Source of the DNA: Erysipelothrix larvae | Lineage (GTDB): Bacteria > Bacillota_I > Bacilli_A > Erysipelotrichales > Erysipelotrichaceae | Assembly (NCBI RefSeq): GCF_001545095.1 | Contig: NZ_CP013213.1 | Span: 1,650,001 to 1,682,000, forward strand | Reading direction: 5' to 3' | Length of the DNA: 32,000 nt | Shown here: one piece after another, positions 8,887-18,289 of the stretch | Layout of the letters: the number at the start of each line of letters is the position of its first letter | How positions within the stretch are numbered: position 1 is the first letter of the stretch | The notes under the pieces: generated by a model | Databases searched by the model: none | What the model was told of the DNA's origin: nothing | What the model saw: the letters and a program-made list of their open reading frames with translations, nothing else | Program-made: the position numbers and the translations under genes

Positions 8887-9455
8887 AGTTTATTCTCCTG
8901 ACTGATTGTTTCCAACACACTCACATAGAGTTTATGTTCAATGCGATGGAGTTCTGCTTCGATTTCTGATCGTGGTTGTCCTTGATAACATCTAAAGGAT
9001 TGTTGTTGAATGATGGCCCCACCATCTAAACTTTCATCAACATAATGGATGCTGGCACCCAAAAGCGTATCGTTATTTTGAAGTGCTTGTCCTAAGGCAT
9101 CCAGTCCCTTGTACTTGGGTAAAAGAGATGGATGGATGTTGATGATTTTTTGGGGATATGCCTGAAGTAAGGTTTTCCCAATCAAACGCATATACCCTGC
9201 AAGTGCGATGAAATCAATCGCGTGTGATTTGAGTTGTTCAAGAATCTGTGTTTCATAGGCTTTTTTATTTGGATAATCTTTGGGATTAAATACGAATGTA
9301 TCCACACCCCGTGCTTGGGCTTTTTGGATAATGGCAGCCTGTGGATTATCGCATACGCACAAATCAAGGGTTGCATGAATACGACCTTGTTCAATTGCAT
9401 CATAAATGGCTTCAAAATTTGATCCGGTTCCTGATGCAAAGACACACAGCCTCAT
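8883..9455 (-). CDS. purN: Phosphoribosylglycinamide formyltransferase (folate-dependent)
   Basis: 190 aa. ASGTGSNFEAI and INIHPSLLPKYKGL motifs. 4-nt overlaps with purM and purH. Confidence 0.93.
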   Translation of the reverse strand: MRLCVFASGTGSNFEAIYDAIEQGRIHATLDLCVCDNPQAAIIQKAQARGVDTFVFNPKDYPNKKAYETQILEQLKSHAIDFIALAGYMRLIGKTLLQAYPQKIINIHPSLLPKYKGLDALGQALQNNDTLLGASIHYVDESLDGGAIIQQQSFRCYQGQPRSEIEAELHRIEHKLYVSVLETISQENKL

Positions 9456-10471
9456 CGTAAAATAACTCCTGGTGTTGCGATGACTTCACCCATTATCACA
9501 GGTGTTTCACCTTTGGATTTAAGATGACTGCATACTGGTTCAACCTTTGCTTCATCAACCACTAATACCATGCCAATTCCCATGTTAAAGATGGCGTACA
9601 TTTCTTCATCACTGATATCGCCCAGTGATTGAATCAGGGTAAAGATTTCATCTTTTTCCCAAGCATGTGTATTGATACTGACCCCTAAGCCTTTTTGAAG
9701 ACAGCGTTCAATGTTTTCATAAAACCCTCCGCCAGTAATGTGGGCAATCCCACTTACAAGGTTTTGGTCAATGAGTCCCATAACACTGTTTACATAAATG
9801 CGAGTGGGTGTGAGTAGACGATTTAGAAGTGGCATGCCATCAACACTTTGATTCATATCGAGGTCATTGTCTTTAAAGATTAATTTACGCACCAGTGAGA
9901 ATCCATTGGAATGAATTCCTGAGCTTTTCAGACCAATGAGGATTTGTCCAGGTTTTGTGTCTTCTGGTTTTAAGAGGCGATCTCTTTCTTGAACACCCAC
10001 GGCAAATCCGGCAAGGTCATAATCATCCCCTTGATACAAATCATTCATTTCTGCAGTTTCACCGCCAATTAAAGCACAGCCTGCTTGGGTACATCCTTCC
10101 ACAATCCCTTGGATGATGGTTTCAATCATGACTGGATCTGTTTTCCCAACCGCTAAGTAATCAAGGAAAAACAGTGGCATTGCGCCTTGTGCCAAGATGT
10201 CATTCACACACATTGCGACACAATCAATGCCAATGGTTTCATGGCGGTTAAAGGTTTGGGCAATCACTAATTTAGTTCCAACACCATCGGTTCCACTGAC
10301 TAATACAGGATCCTTAATGTTGTATTTCGCAAGGTCAAATAAGGCGCCAAAGGACCCCACATTTTGCATCACCCCTTGATTAAAGGTTTTGCCGACATGT
10401 TTTTTAATGCGATCGACAACTTCATATCCTGCTTCAATATCGACCCCTGCTGCTTTATATTTTTCACTCAT
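9452..10471 (-). CDS. purM: Phosphoribosylformylglycinamidine cyclo-ligase (AIR synthetase)
   Basis: 339 aa. YKAAGVDI, SGTDGVGTKL and GGETAEM motifs. Confidence 0.95.
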   Translation of the reverse strand: MSEKYKAAGVDIEAGYEVVDRIKKHVGKTFNQGVMQNVGSFGALFDLAKYNIKDPVLVSGTDGVGTKLVIAQTFNRHETIGIDCVAMCVNDILAQGAMPLFFLDYLAVGKTDPVMIETIIQGIVEGCTQAGCALIGGETAEMNDLYQGDDYDLAGFAVGVQERDRLLKPEDTKPGQILIGLKSSGIHSNGFSLVRKLIFKDNDLDMNQSVDGMPLLNRLLTPTRIYVNSVMGLIDQNLVSGIAHITGGGFYENIERCLQKGLGVSINTHAWEKDEIFTLIQSLGDISDEEMYAIFNMGIGMVLVVDEAKVEPVCSHLKSKGETPVIMGEVIATPGVILR

Positions 10472-10480
10472 AGTTTTCTC

Positions 10481-11890
10481 CTAACACTTTCCATCTTTAT
10501 TGGCTTCTTCCAGTTTTGAATACAGTTCGGTTGGGTAATTCTTATTAAAGCAAGCCATGCATAATCCTTTATTATTGAGGGCTTTTTGAAGTCCTGCTTC
10601 ACTTAAAAAGTATAGGGAATCCGCCCCGATTTTCTCACACAATTCATCCAATCCCATATTGGCACTGATGAGTTCATCATAGGTTGAAGTGTCTACACCA
10701 TAGAAACAAGGTGCGATAATGGGTGGGGATGCAATGCGCATATGCACTTCAAGTGCTCCCATTTGTTTCAACATCGCCACTAAGTTTGCGGAAGTGGTAC
10801 CCCGTACAATGGAATCATCAATTAAGATCACGCGTTTTCCAGATACGACAGAACGTACCGGGGATAACTTCATCTTTACCCCTTTTTCACGCATGGCTTG
10901 GGTGGGTTCAATAAAGGTTCGACCACTGTAGCGGTTTTTGATCATCCCCATTTCATAGGGAATGCCACTTTCTTCAGCATACCCATAGGCTGCGGATAAA
11001 CTGGAGTCGGGAACCCCCACAACAATATCGGCTTCAACAGGTGCTTCTTGGGCCAGCATGCGTCCACATTGTTTTCGAGCCGTATGTACATTTAGACCTG
11101 TAATATCACTGTCTGGACGTGAGAAGTAGATATACTCCATGGCACACATGCGATGTTGGACATCTTTTGCATAGAATGAGGAGTGAATGCCTTCTTGATT
11201 AATCATGACCACTTCACCAGGTAATATATCTCGCGTAAAGGTTGCGCCAATCATATCCAATGCACAGGTTTCTGAACTGACAACATATCCATTGTCCAAC
11301 TGGCCAATCGATAAGGGTCTGAGTCCGTTTTTATCACGCATCGCATAGAGTGTATCTTTGGTAAGTAATAAAAAGGCAAAGGCACCTTCAAGATACAACA
11401 AGCTTTCCTTAATCGCATCCAAGAAGTTTGTTTGACGGCCTTGTTTGATTAAGTGGGCAAAGATTTCAGTATCTGAGGTTGATTGAAAGATGGATCCTTT
11501 GGATTCTAAGAATTCACGCAGTTGGGATGAATTCACAATGTTCCCATTGTGACACAATCCAAAGTCGCCGGTGGAATGTTTAAATAAGAAGGGTTGCACG
11601 TTCATCAAACCGCTGCCCCCTTGGGTTGCATAGCGGACATGACCAATGGCTTTGTCCCCTTTGAGTTTGGACAGGTTTGCATCGTTAAAGACATACCGTA
11701 CTTGTCCTTCGTTTTTATGACCATACAGATTTTCAGAGTCAGAAGTCACAATGCCTGTTCCTTCTTGACCGCGGTGTTGCATGCTGTGTAATCCATAAAA
11801 ACTGAGCTGTGCGGCTTCTTGGACATTATAGATTCCAAAGACACCGCATTCTTCATGTAAGGATCGATCATCAAACTGTGTGTTTACCAT
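10481..11890 (-). CDS. purF: Amidophosphoribosyltransferase (glutamine-PRPP amidotransferase), Fe-S type with propeptide
   Basis: 469 aa. 14-residue propeptide, then the Ntn Cys (HEECGVFGIY), PRTase motif VILIDDSIVRGTTS, and cluster cysteines (PCFYGVD, CMACFNKNYP). Confidence 0.95.
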   Translation of the reverse strand: MVNTQFDDRSLHEECGVFGIYNVQEAAQLSFYGLHSMQHRGQEGTGIVTSDSENLYGHKNEGQVRYVFNDANLSKLKGDKAIGHVRYATQGGSGLMNVQPFLFKHSTGDFGLCHNGNIVNSSQLREFLESKGSIFQSTSDTEIFAHLIKQGRQTNFLDAIKESLLYLEGAFAFLLLTKDTLYAMRDKNGLRPLSIGQLDNGYVVSSETCALDMIGATFTRDILPGEVVMINQEGIHSSFYAKDVQHRMCAMEYIYFSRPDSDITGLNVHTARKQCGRMLAQEAPVEADIVVGVPDSSLSAAYGYAEESGIPYEMGMIKNRYSGRTFIEPTQAMREKGVKMKLSPVRSVVSGKRVILIDDSIVRGTTSANLVAMLKQMGALEVHMRIASPPIIAPCFYGVDTSTYDELISANMGLDELCEKIGADSLYFLSEAGLQKALNNKGLCMACFNKNYPTELYSKLEEANKDGKC

Positions 11891-12603
11891 GATGTGGATA
11901 CCTCACTTAAGCGTTTTAAGATTTCTTCATAGGCTTCTTGAACCTTCCCTAAATCACGACGAAAGCGGTCTTTGTCTAAGCGTTCTTGGGTTTCAAGATC
12001 CCATAAGCGACAGGAGTCGGGAGAGATTTCATCCGCTAGGACAAGGGACCCATTGGATAGATTTCCAAACTCCAGTTTAAAATCAACCAGTTCAATGCCA
12101 CAGGATTCAAAGAGTTTAATCAAAAAGCGATTAATGCTTAGAGCTTGTAGTTTTATATACCCCAATGTTTCAATATCACAGATTCCCAAGGCCAGTGCAT
12201 GGTCTTCATTGATGAGCGGATCGCCTAGTTCATCGTCCTTATAACAGATTTCATACACACTGTTTTTAAGGTGTGTTCCTTCTTCAATGCCCAAGCGTTT
12301 TGAAAATGATCCCGCCGCAACATTACGGACAATGACTTCCAAAGGAATGATGTCTACTTTCTTACAGAGTTGTTCACGTGCACTCAAGGTTTTGATGTGG
12401 TGTGTTTGAACCCCTTGTTTTTTCAAGTAGTCATAGATGAGGGTACTGATGGCATTGTTGAGCTCCCCTTTGTGATTGATTTGGGCCTTTTTGACACCGT
12501 TAAATGCCGTCGCATCATCTTTGTAATGCATGATAATCATGTCTGGATTATCGGTAGCATAGACTTGCTTTGCCTTTCCTTCGTAAAGTAGGGATCCTTT
12601 CAT
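11884..12603 (-). CDS. purC: SAICAR synthetase
   Basis: 239 aa. LLYEGKAKQVY N-terminus and LADEISPDSCRLWD motif. Confidence 0.95.
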   Translation of the reverse strand: MKGSLLYEGKAKQVYATDNPDMIIMHYKDDATAFNGVKKAQINHKGELNNAISTLIYDYLKKQGVQTHHIKTLSAREQLCKKVDIIPLEVIVRNVAAGSFSKRLGIEEGTHLKNSVYEICYKDDELGDPLINEDHALALGICDIETLGYIKLQALSINRFLIKLFESCGIELVDFKLEFGNLSNGSLVLADEISPDSCRLWDLETQERLDKDRFRRDLGKVQEAYEEILKRLSEVSTSW

Positions 12604-15600
12604 GCTTGTTCCTCCTTGAAATAATTCACGCCATTTCTAAAAATTGATTGTGCTTCAATGTCTTGATCCACAAAAGTATGTGTGGAAACACGCTCACTGT
12701 GGGCCATTTTCCCCAACACTAATCCACAGTGTGAGACCATCCCTTCAATCGCATACTGCGATCCATTTGGATTGTACGCTTCATCCATCCTAACCATTGC
12801 GTTTAAATCACAGTATTGGAAGGCCACTAAGCCTTGGTCAATACACGACTTGATAACTTCAGGATTTCCGGTAATCTTTCCTTCACCATGAGAAATCGGT
12901 AAGGTATGGATGGATCCAAGGCCGCAGTCTTTAAGCCATGGCGATTTATTGGACGAAACACATGTGTTTACCAGTTTTGAAACATGGTGCTGACAATCAT
13001 TTCTAAAGAGTGTGATGCCATCTTCCTGTACATCCCTGATGTTTCCATACGGGATGAGCCCTGATTTAATGAGCGCTTGGAATCCATTACAAATGCCAAT
13101 GATTAAACGTTTTTGATCAAGGTGTTGGGTAATAGCCTTCTTGATGCGTTCATTTTTTAAGACGTTCACAATAAACTTCGCACTGCCATCGGGTTCATCG
13201 CCACTGGAGAATCCACCCGGTATTGCGATAATATGAGAGCGTTTGATGGCTTGTTCTAAGGCTTCAATGGATTTTTGAATCGCGGTTTCACTCTGATTTC
13301 TGAAAATCACAAATTCAGTGGATGCACCCTGCTCATTAAACGCACGGGCCATATCGTATTCACAGTTGTTTCCAGGAAAGACAGGGATGACAACATGGAC
13401 ATCTTGAGTGGGTGTGTTTGGTTTATAAGTATCTTGGGTTGAAACAGGATGAAACAGTGATTCATGATCATATGTTTTGCGATGCACAGGATACAAGGCA
13501 TCTAAAGCACCTAAATGCGCCTCTTGAAGTTCATCCAGTGACAATGTGAGATCGTTGATGATAAAGTCTTGTGAATCCTGTGTGGTTCCAATCAATACCC
13601 ATGATTGAATATCAAGGGGTGATTTGCTTTCAACAATCAAGCTCCCACTTAAGCGGTTGAGAAGCATGTGTTCTTTAGCGTTAAGTGTGACACCGACACG
13701 ATTACCCAATGCCATATTGAGGACTTGTATAAATACATTCCCTCGATCAACACTTGAACAACTGAGAATAGTCTGTGCTTTAATGAGTTCATGTACTGTT
13801 TTAAAGGTCTCACCTTGTGCCTTGAAATCCACGGTATGATTGTCATGAGTTGAAGTTGGAACAAGGTAAAGGTAGGAATTGGTTTTCTTGAGTGCACTTG
13901 AGATGATGGTATCGACCTGTTGTGGTGAACACGCAAAGCTGATTAAGGTATCCACAACATCCAGGTCTTGATAGGTTCCACTCATGCTGTCTTTACCCCC
14001 AATTGCGCAAAGTCCCAGTCCAGATTGTGCTTCATAAGCACCCAACAGTGCTTGAAACACATTGCCCCATTTTTGAGGATCATCGCCAGGTTTTGCGAAG
14101 TATTCTTGAAGTGACAGGTAGATTTTTGAAGGGTCGCCCCCCTGTGCTACACTTTTCGCAACACTTTCCACAATCGCATATTGGCCACCAAGATAGGGTG
14201 AATAGTCGGATATTTCAGGAATAAATCCATAACTTAACATGGAACAGGTTCGGGTTTGTCCATCCAGTACCGGAATCTTTTGAACACTGGCACAGTTTTG
14301 AGTTGTTTGGTATTTCCCTGCAAGAGGCATAAGTACGGTTGTTGCGCCAATAGATCCATCAAAGCGTTCGATCAGCCCTTTTTGAGAGCCATAATTTAAG
14401 GAACCGGCAAGGTCTAAAAGGGATTGTTTTTCCAGTTTGCATAAGGGTCCAAATGGGTTGGGGTTCTGTTTGGGTGCAATGTGAACGGGTTTACGTTGCG
14501 TGACACCGCTGCTGTTTAAGAAATCACGATCAAGGTTTACGACTTCTTCACCGTGGTAGCGCATGATGAGTCGGTTTGTATTGGTCACGGTTGCGACAAT
14601 GTACGCTTCTAAGTTTTCCATGGATGCTTTTTGAATAAAGGCATCTGCATCGGTATTTGATACAACCACAGCCATGCGTTCTTGGGATTCTGAAATAGCA
14701 ATTTCTGTTGGGTTTAAGCCTTCATACTTCAAGCGGACTTGATCCAATTGAATGTCTAAGCCATCGGCCAACTCGCCAATCGCAACACTGACACCCCCTG
14801 CACCAAAGTCATTGCATCGTTTGATGATTTTTGTAACCTCAGGATCTCTAAATAAGCGTTGAATCTTGCGTTCTTCAAGGGCGTTTCCTTTTTGAACTTC
14901 CGCAGCACTTTGAGTCAGTGAGCTTTCTTTATGGGCAACCGATGAGCCAGTCGCACCCCCAATTCCATCACGGCCTGTTTTTCCACCCAATAAAATCACC
15001 ACATCACCGGGTGTGGGTTCAAGGCGAATGACATCTGACTGTTTCACTGCACCCACAACTGCACCACATTCTAAGTGTTTCGCAACATAGCTTGGGTGAT
15101 AAATTTCATGAACATAGGTCGTGGTTAACCCAATTTGATTCCCATAGCTTGAATAGCCATCGGTTGCTCGTTTCGCAATCAGGGATTGGGGTAGTTTATT
15201 CGGGAGTGTTTTCTCAATTGGGTCCAACACATCCCCACAGCCACTAATACGCATGGCTTGATACACATACGCACGTCCCGACAATGGATCTCGAATTGCA
15301 CCACCAATACAGGTCGATGCACCACCATAAGGTTCGATTTCAGTTGGGTGATTGTGGGTTTCATTTTTAAACATTAAGAGCCATTTTTCGTTTGCGCCTT
15401 TAAGGTCAACATCAATTATGATACTGCAAGCATTGACTTCATCACTTTCTTCAATGGTTGTATCACCCTCATGTTTCGCAAGGCGTGCATTCACCGTAGC
15501 GATGTCCATCAGGGTTAGGGGTTTGTGTGCGCGATTGAGTTTAATGCGATCTTCAACATAGGCATTAAAACTTGCTTCAATAGCATCCTTAAGGTCAAAA

Positions 15601-16304
15601 TCTTCAAAAGTGATGGTTTCTAGGTTGGTATTAAAGGTTGTATGCCGGCAGTGATCGGACCAGTATGTATCCAACACTTTAATTTCCGTTTCACTTGGAT
15701 CACGATCACAAGATTTAAAATGATCTTGAATGTATTTTAAATCATCAAAGGTCATCGCAAATCCAAAATCGTTGTAGAAGTCGTGAAGTTTAGGCTCATC
15801 CATTGCGATAAACCCACTTAATGACTCCAAGGGTTTCACATCCACATTTTTGGTAAGATTCATGACACTTAAGTCTTTTTCTTTCATTTCTACGGGATTG
15901 ATCAAATAGGATTTGATGGTGTTGAGTTGGTGTTGATCCATTGCATCGACCAATACCACAATCCCACTTTTCACAATCACCTGTGTGTGCGGGTTTAACA
16001 GTTTAATGCATTGCATCGCACTGTCTGATCGTTGATCATATTGCCCATCCAGTGCTTCATACGCGATGACACTATAGCCGTCTGTATCAAGTGTGAGTGA
16101 TAATGTGTCAATCACTTGTTCTTGGAATACGGATTGTTTCGCAAGTTCTAGGGTGTTTTCATCACATTGATATACATCATAGACTAAGATGTGACGGCAG
16201 GCTTTTGTATCAATCTTGAGCACATCGTTGATGGTTTGTTTGAGGTGATCTGCTTCCAGTCTATAACCTGGCTTCTTTTCTACAAATAGTCGGGTTGGTT
16301 TCAT
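12600..16304 (-). CDS. purL: Phosphoribosylformylglycinamidine synthase, single-chain large form (PurS-like + PurL + PurQ domains fused)
   Basis: 1234 aa. WSDHCRHTTF and NHPTEIEPYGGA (synthetase domain), plus a C-terminal glutaminase with GICNGFQAL (Cys) and PISHGEGK (His). There are no separate purS/purQ ORFs in the operon. Confidence 0.93.
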   Translation of the reverse strand: MKPTRLFVEKKPGYRLEADHLKQTINDVLKIDTKACRHILVYDVYQCDENTLELAKQSVFQEQVIDTLSLTLDTDGYSVIAYEALDGQYDQRSDSAMQCIKLLNPHTQVIVKSGIVVLVDAMDQHQLNTIKSYLINPVEMKEKDLSVMNLTKNVDVKPLESLSGFIAMDEPKLHDFYNDFGFAMTFDDLKYIQDHFKSCDRDPSETEIKVLDTYWSDHCRHTTFNTNLETITFEDFDLKDAIEASFNAYVEDRIKLNRAHKPLTLMDIATVNARLAKHEGDTTIEESDEVNACSIIIDVDLKGANEKWLLMFKNETHNHPTEIEPYGGASTCIGGAIRDPLSGRAYVYQAMRISGCGDVLDPIEKTLPNKLPQSLIAKRATDGYSSYGNQIGLTTTYVHEIYHPSYVAKHLECGAVVGAVKQSDVIRLEPTPGDVVILLGGKTGRDGIGGATGSSVAHKESSLTQSAAEVQKGNALEERKIQRLFRDPEVTKIIKRCNDFGAGGVSVAIGELADGLDIQLDQVRLKYEGLNPTEIAISESQERMAVVVSNTDADAFIQKASMENLEAYIVATVTNTNRLIMRYHGEEVVNLDRDFLNSSGVTQRKPVHIAPKQNPNPFGPLCKLEKQSLLDLAGSLNYGSQKGLIERFDGSIGATTVLMPLAGKYQTTQNCASVQKIPVLDGQTRTCSMLSYGFIPEISDYSPYLGGQYAIVESVAKSVAQGGDPSKIYLSLQEYFAKPGDDPQKWGNVFQALLGAYEAQSGLGLCAIGGKDSMSGTYQDLDVVDTLISFACSPQQVDTIISSALKKTNSYLYLVPTSTHDNHTVDFKAQGETFKTVHELIKAQTILSCSSVDRGNVFIQVLNMALGNRVGVTLNAKEHMLLNRLSGSLIVESKSPLDIQSWVLIGTTQDSQDFIINDLTLSLDELQEAHLGALDALYPVHRKTYDHESLFHPVSTQDTYKPNTPTQDVHVVIPVFPGNNCEYDMARAFNEQGASTEFVIFRNQSETAIQKSIEALEQAIKRSHIIAIPGGFSSGDEPDGSAKFIVNVLKNERIKKAITQHLDQKRLIIGICNGFQALIKSGLIPYGNIRDVQEDGITLFRNDCQHHVSKLVNTCVSSNKSPWLKDCGLGSIHTLPISHGEGKITGNPEVIKSCIDQGLVAFQYCDLNAMVRMDEAYNPNGSQYAIEGMVSHCGLVLGKMAHSERVSTHTFVDQDIEAQSIFRNGVNYFKEEQA

Positions 16305-17404
16305 TTTCTTATCTCTCTTCTGAATTCATTTCCTATTTCAATTGCTTGATTGTGAACAAAGGTCATGTGACCCATTTTTCGATTGTGTTTCGCATCACGT
16401 TTACTGTAGTCGTGGTATGCACCCACTTGATTGGTGGTACTGACATACTCCAATGTTTTGTCTAAGTGTTGACCCAAGACATTCACCATCATGGAGGTGT
16501 TGATCAAATGGGGTGTTTGAATGGTGAGCCCACAAATCGCTTCAATATGGGCTTTAAATTGGGATGATGTCGTGCCTTCAATACTGAAGTGTCCTGAATT
16601 ATGAGGACGGGGGGCCATCTCATTGAATATAAGTGTGTCCTGTTCAATAAAGAATTCAAAGGCCATGACCCCAACATAATCCAGTGCTTCCACAATCTTT
16701 GTGGCTTCCCCTTTGGCTTTTTCTTGAAGTGTGTTTGAAATACGTGCAGGGACGATGGACACATCCAAGATGCCATCCGTGTGTTTGTTTTCAATACAAG
16801 GAAAGAGAACAACACCGTTTTTCCCACGCGCACATACAACGGATATTTCGGTTTGAATATCCACACGTCGCATCATCAGATAGGGCTGATTGATTTCAAG
16901 GGCTGACACATCTTCTTGTGAATGGACCCATATTTGCCCATGCCCATCATACCCATAGCGCAAACTTTTAAGAATAAATGGGGGTTTTATTGTATCCATA
17001 GCAGCAATGAGTGCTTCTTTTGAATCAACACAGATGCAATCTAGGGTATTTACCCCTAAATCTTTCACAAATTGATATTCAAGCCAGCGATCACTGGAGA
17101 TGGTAAGTGCTTGAAGGCCTTGGGGAATTGAGACTGTATGGATTAAGTGCTTGACACTGTTTGCGTCAATGTTTTCAAACTCATAGGTTACCACATCACA
17201 GGCTTTACAAAATTGAAGCATGGTTTGTGTATCATCGAATGTTCCTACGGTATGGTGATCACTGATTAGGGATAAAGGACAGTCTTGATTTGTATCATAG
17301 GAATGAATGCGATATCCCATCGACTTCGCAACAAACGCCATCATCTGCCCCAACTGACCGCCCCCTAAAATCCCAATGGTTTGGCGGGGTTTTATCACAT
17401 TCAT
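16301..17404 (-). CDS. purK: N5-carboxyaminoimidazole ribonucleotide synthetase
   Basis: 367 aa. [14 protein letters not shown]-terminus and ATP-grasp fold. 4-nt overlaps with purE and purL. Confidence 0.92.
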   Translation of the reverse strand: MNVIKPRQTIGILGGGQLGQMMAFVAKSMGYRIHSYDTNQDCPLSLISDHHTVGTFDDTQTMLQFCKACDVVTYEFENIDANSVKHLIHTVSIPQGLQALTISSDRWLEYQFVKDLGVNTLDCICVDSKEALIAAMDTIKPPFILKSLRYGYDGHGQIWVHSQEDVSALEINQPYLMMRRVDIQTEISVVCARGKNGVVLFPCIENKHTDGILDVSIVPARISNTLQEKAKGEATKIVEALDYVGVMAFEFFIEQDTLIFNEMAPRPHNSGHFSIEGTTSSQFKAHIEAICGLTIQTPHLINTSMMVNVLGQHLDKTLEYVSTTNQVGAYHDYSKRDAKHNRKMGHMTFVHNQAIEIGNEFRREIRK

Positions 17405-17880
17405 CTAAATTGTTGCTCCCAGGTATCGTTTGCGAGTGTTTCTTTGTATTTGATGTATTGTTTCGAGAGTGCTTCATCGGAAAGTGCAAGAATTGAAATT
17501 GCACTGTATGCTGCATTCATGGCCCCAGCTTTACCAATCGACATCGTCAATACGGGAACGCCTTGGGGCATTTGGACGATGGAAAGGAGTGAGTCGATGC
17601 CATTTAAGGCTTTACTTTGAATCGGTACCCCAATTACGGGTAAAGGTGTCATGGCTGCGACCATGCCTGGTAAGTGGGCTGCACCCCCTGCAGCTGCGAT
17701 AATCACGTCAAATCCGTTTGCTTTCGCTTCGCTGGCAAACTCGACCATCTTGTGTGGTGTTCGATGTGCACTGACGACGGTTTTGGTATACTCTACATTG
17801 AATTGATCCAAGATGGTACAGGTTTCTTGCATCACTTCAAAGTCACTTTTGCTTCCCATAATAACTGCTACTCTTGCCAT
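17401..17880 (-). CDS. purE: N5-CAIR mutase (class I PurE)
   Basis: 159 aa. [16 protein letters not shown] and [14 protein letters not shown] motifs. SD AGGAGG lies 5 nt upstream of the ATG. Confidence 0.95.
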   Translation of the reverse strand: MARVAVIMGSKSDFEVMQETCTILDQFNVEYTKTVVSAHRTPHKMVEFASEAKANGFDVIIAAAGGAAHLPGMVAAMTPLPVIGVPIQSKALNGIDSLLSIVQMPQGVPVLTMSIGKAGAMNAAYSAISILALSDEALSKQYIKYKETLANDTWEQQFR

Positions 17881-17903
17881 TTTGTCCTCCTGGTATAACC
17901 ATG

Positions 17904-18034
17904 AAAAAAGAGACTCATGTTAAGAAGTCTCCCTAGAAAATAGAATAGTAAAAAGAAGTATTCTATTTTGTAGTCTTGCACGAACGGAGCAAGGTAGAGA
18001 CTTGTGAACCAACATTTCACGATTATACAAAATA
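17904..18034 (-). promoter_or_regulatory. Purine riboswitch, guanine class (aptamer 17964-18034) with terminator expression platform (17904-17933)
   Basis: Minus strand reads UAUUUUGUA-UAAUCGUGAAAUGUUGGUUCACAAGUCUCUACCUUGCUCCGUUCGUGCAAGAC-UACAAAAUA. P1 is 9 bp, P2 is GUGAA/UUCAC and P3 is CUUGC/GCAAG. The conserved UAUAAUCG and UCUACC joints are present, and a C precedes the 3' P1 strand (guanine rather than adenine specificity). Downstream hairpin GAGACU-N10-AGUCUC plus UUUUUU, then AGGAGG and the purE ATG. The aptamer segment AAGUCUCU duplicates the terminator 3' arm and can pair with its 5' arm (antiterminator). Confidence 0.9.
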
Positions 18035-18044
18035 TAATGATTTT

Positions 18045-18080
18045 AAAAAAATAAAAACACAGCCTACGAAAAAAGCCGTG
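18045..18080 (-). terminator. Intrinsic terminator-like hairpin plus long U-tract, immediately upstream of the guanine aptamer
   Basis: Minus strand reads CACGGCU-UUUUUCGUA-GGCUGUG (7 bp including 2 G-U pairs), followed by UUUUUAUUUUUUU. The U-tract ends 10 nt before riboswitch P1. Stability was not computed. Confidence 0.5.
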
Positions 18081-18134
18081 CTACCAAGTAAGCGAACATG
18101 AAGCCCGATAGATTTGTGATTTGTTACGATCCAT
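18081..18134 (-). CDS. Candidate 17-codon small ORF (MDRNKSQIYRASCSLTW) - possible leader peptide or micropeptide; may be non-coding
   Basis: ATG 18134 is preceded by GGAGG (18148-18144) with a 9-nt spacer. The TAG stop (18083-18081) directly abuts the terminator stem. Too short for the ORF track. I recognise no homology. Confidence 0.25.
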   Translation of the reverse strand: MDRNKSQIYRASCSLTW

Positions 18135-18160
18135 AGTTTCTATCCTCCAAATTCACTTAA

Positions 18161-18189
18161 ATGATACCATAGAGTCTATCAAGTGTAAA
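18161..18189 (-). promoter_or_regulatory. Sigma-A-type promoter: -35 TTTACA, 17-nt spacer, extended -10 TGG-TATCAT
   Basis: Read directly on the minus strand (TTTACA 18189-18184, TATCAT 18166-18161). It is the only good promoter I can find upstream of the pur operon leader. Confidence 0.55.
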
Positions 18190-18289
18190 CACGCATCGAC
18201 GAACTTGCATGAAGAAATTTAATGGCTATGGGTCAAAATCACCCTTTCGCCCCTTCACACAAGTGTCTAAACAAAAACATCCCCATACA

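Noticed and set aside
6097-17898. About 30 short track ORFs inside the pur operon. Plus-strand antisense examples are 6097..6294, 6739..6972, 7002..7265, 7473..7691, 8453..8677, 10719..10931, 11972..12244, 13624..13839, 15352..15561, 16684..16893 and 17469..17702. Minus-strand alternate-frame examples are 9182..9445, 13307..13501, 13649..13936, 15179..15364, 16504..16866 and 17295..17516.
   Set aside because: All are nested within strongly supported pur CDSs. They lack SDs and recognisable motifs, and have skewed composition typical of shadow frames.
18096-18208. PurBox-like CGAAC cores (GTAAGCGAACATG at 18092-18104; GACGAACTTG at 18198-18207, just upstream of the -35) as PurR operators
   Set aside because: Only partial matches to the AWWWCCGAACWWT-type consensus. 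Both are in the same orientation ~100 bp apart rather than forming an inverted pair. No purR gene is in the window. Too weak to call without a genome-wide motif scan.
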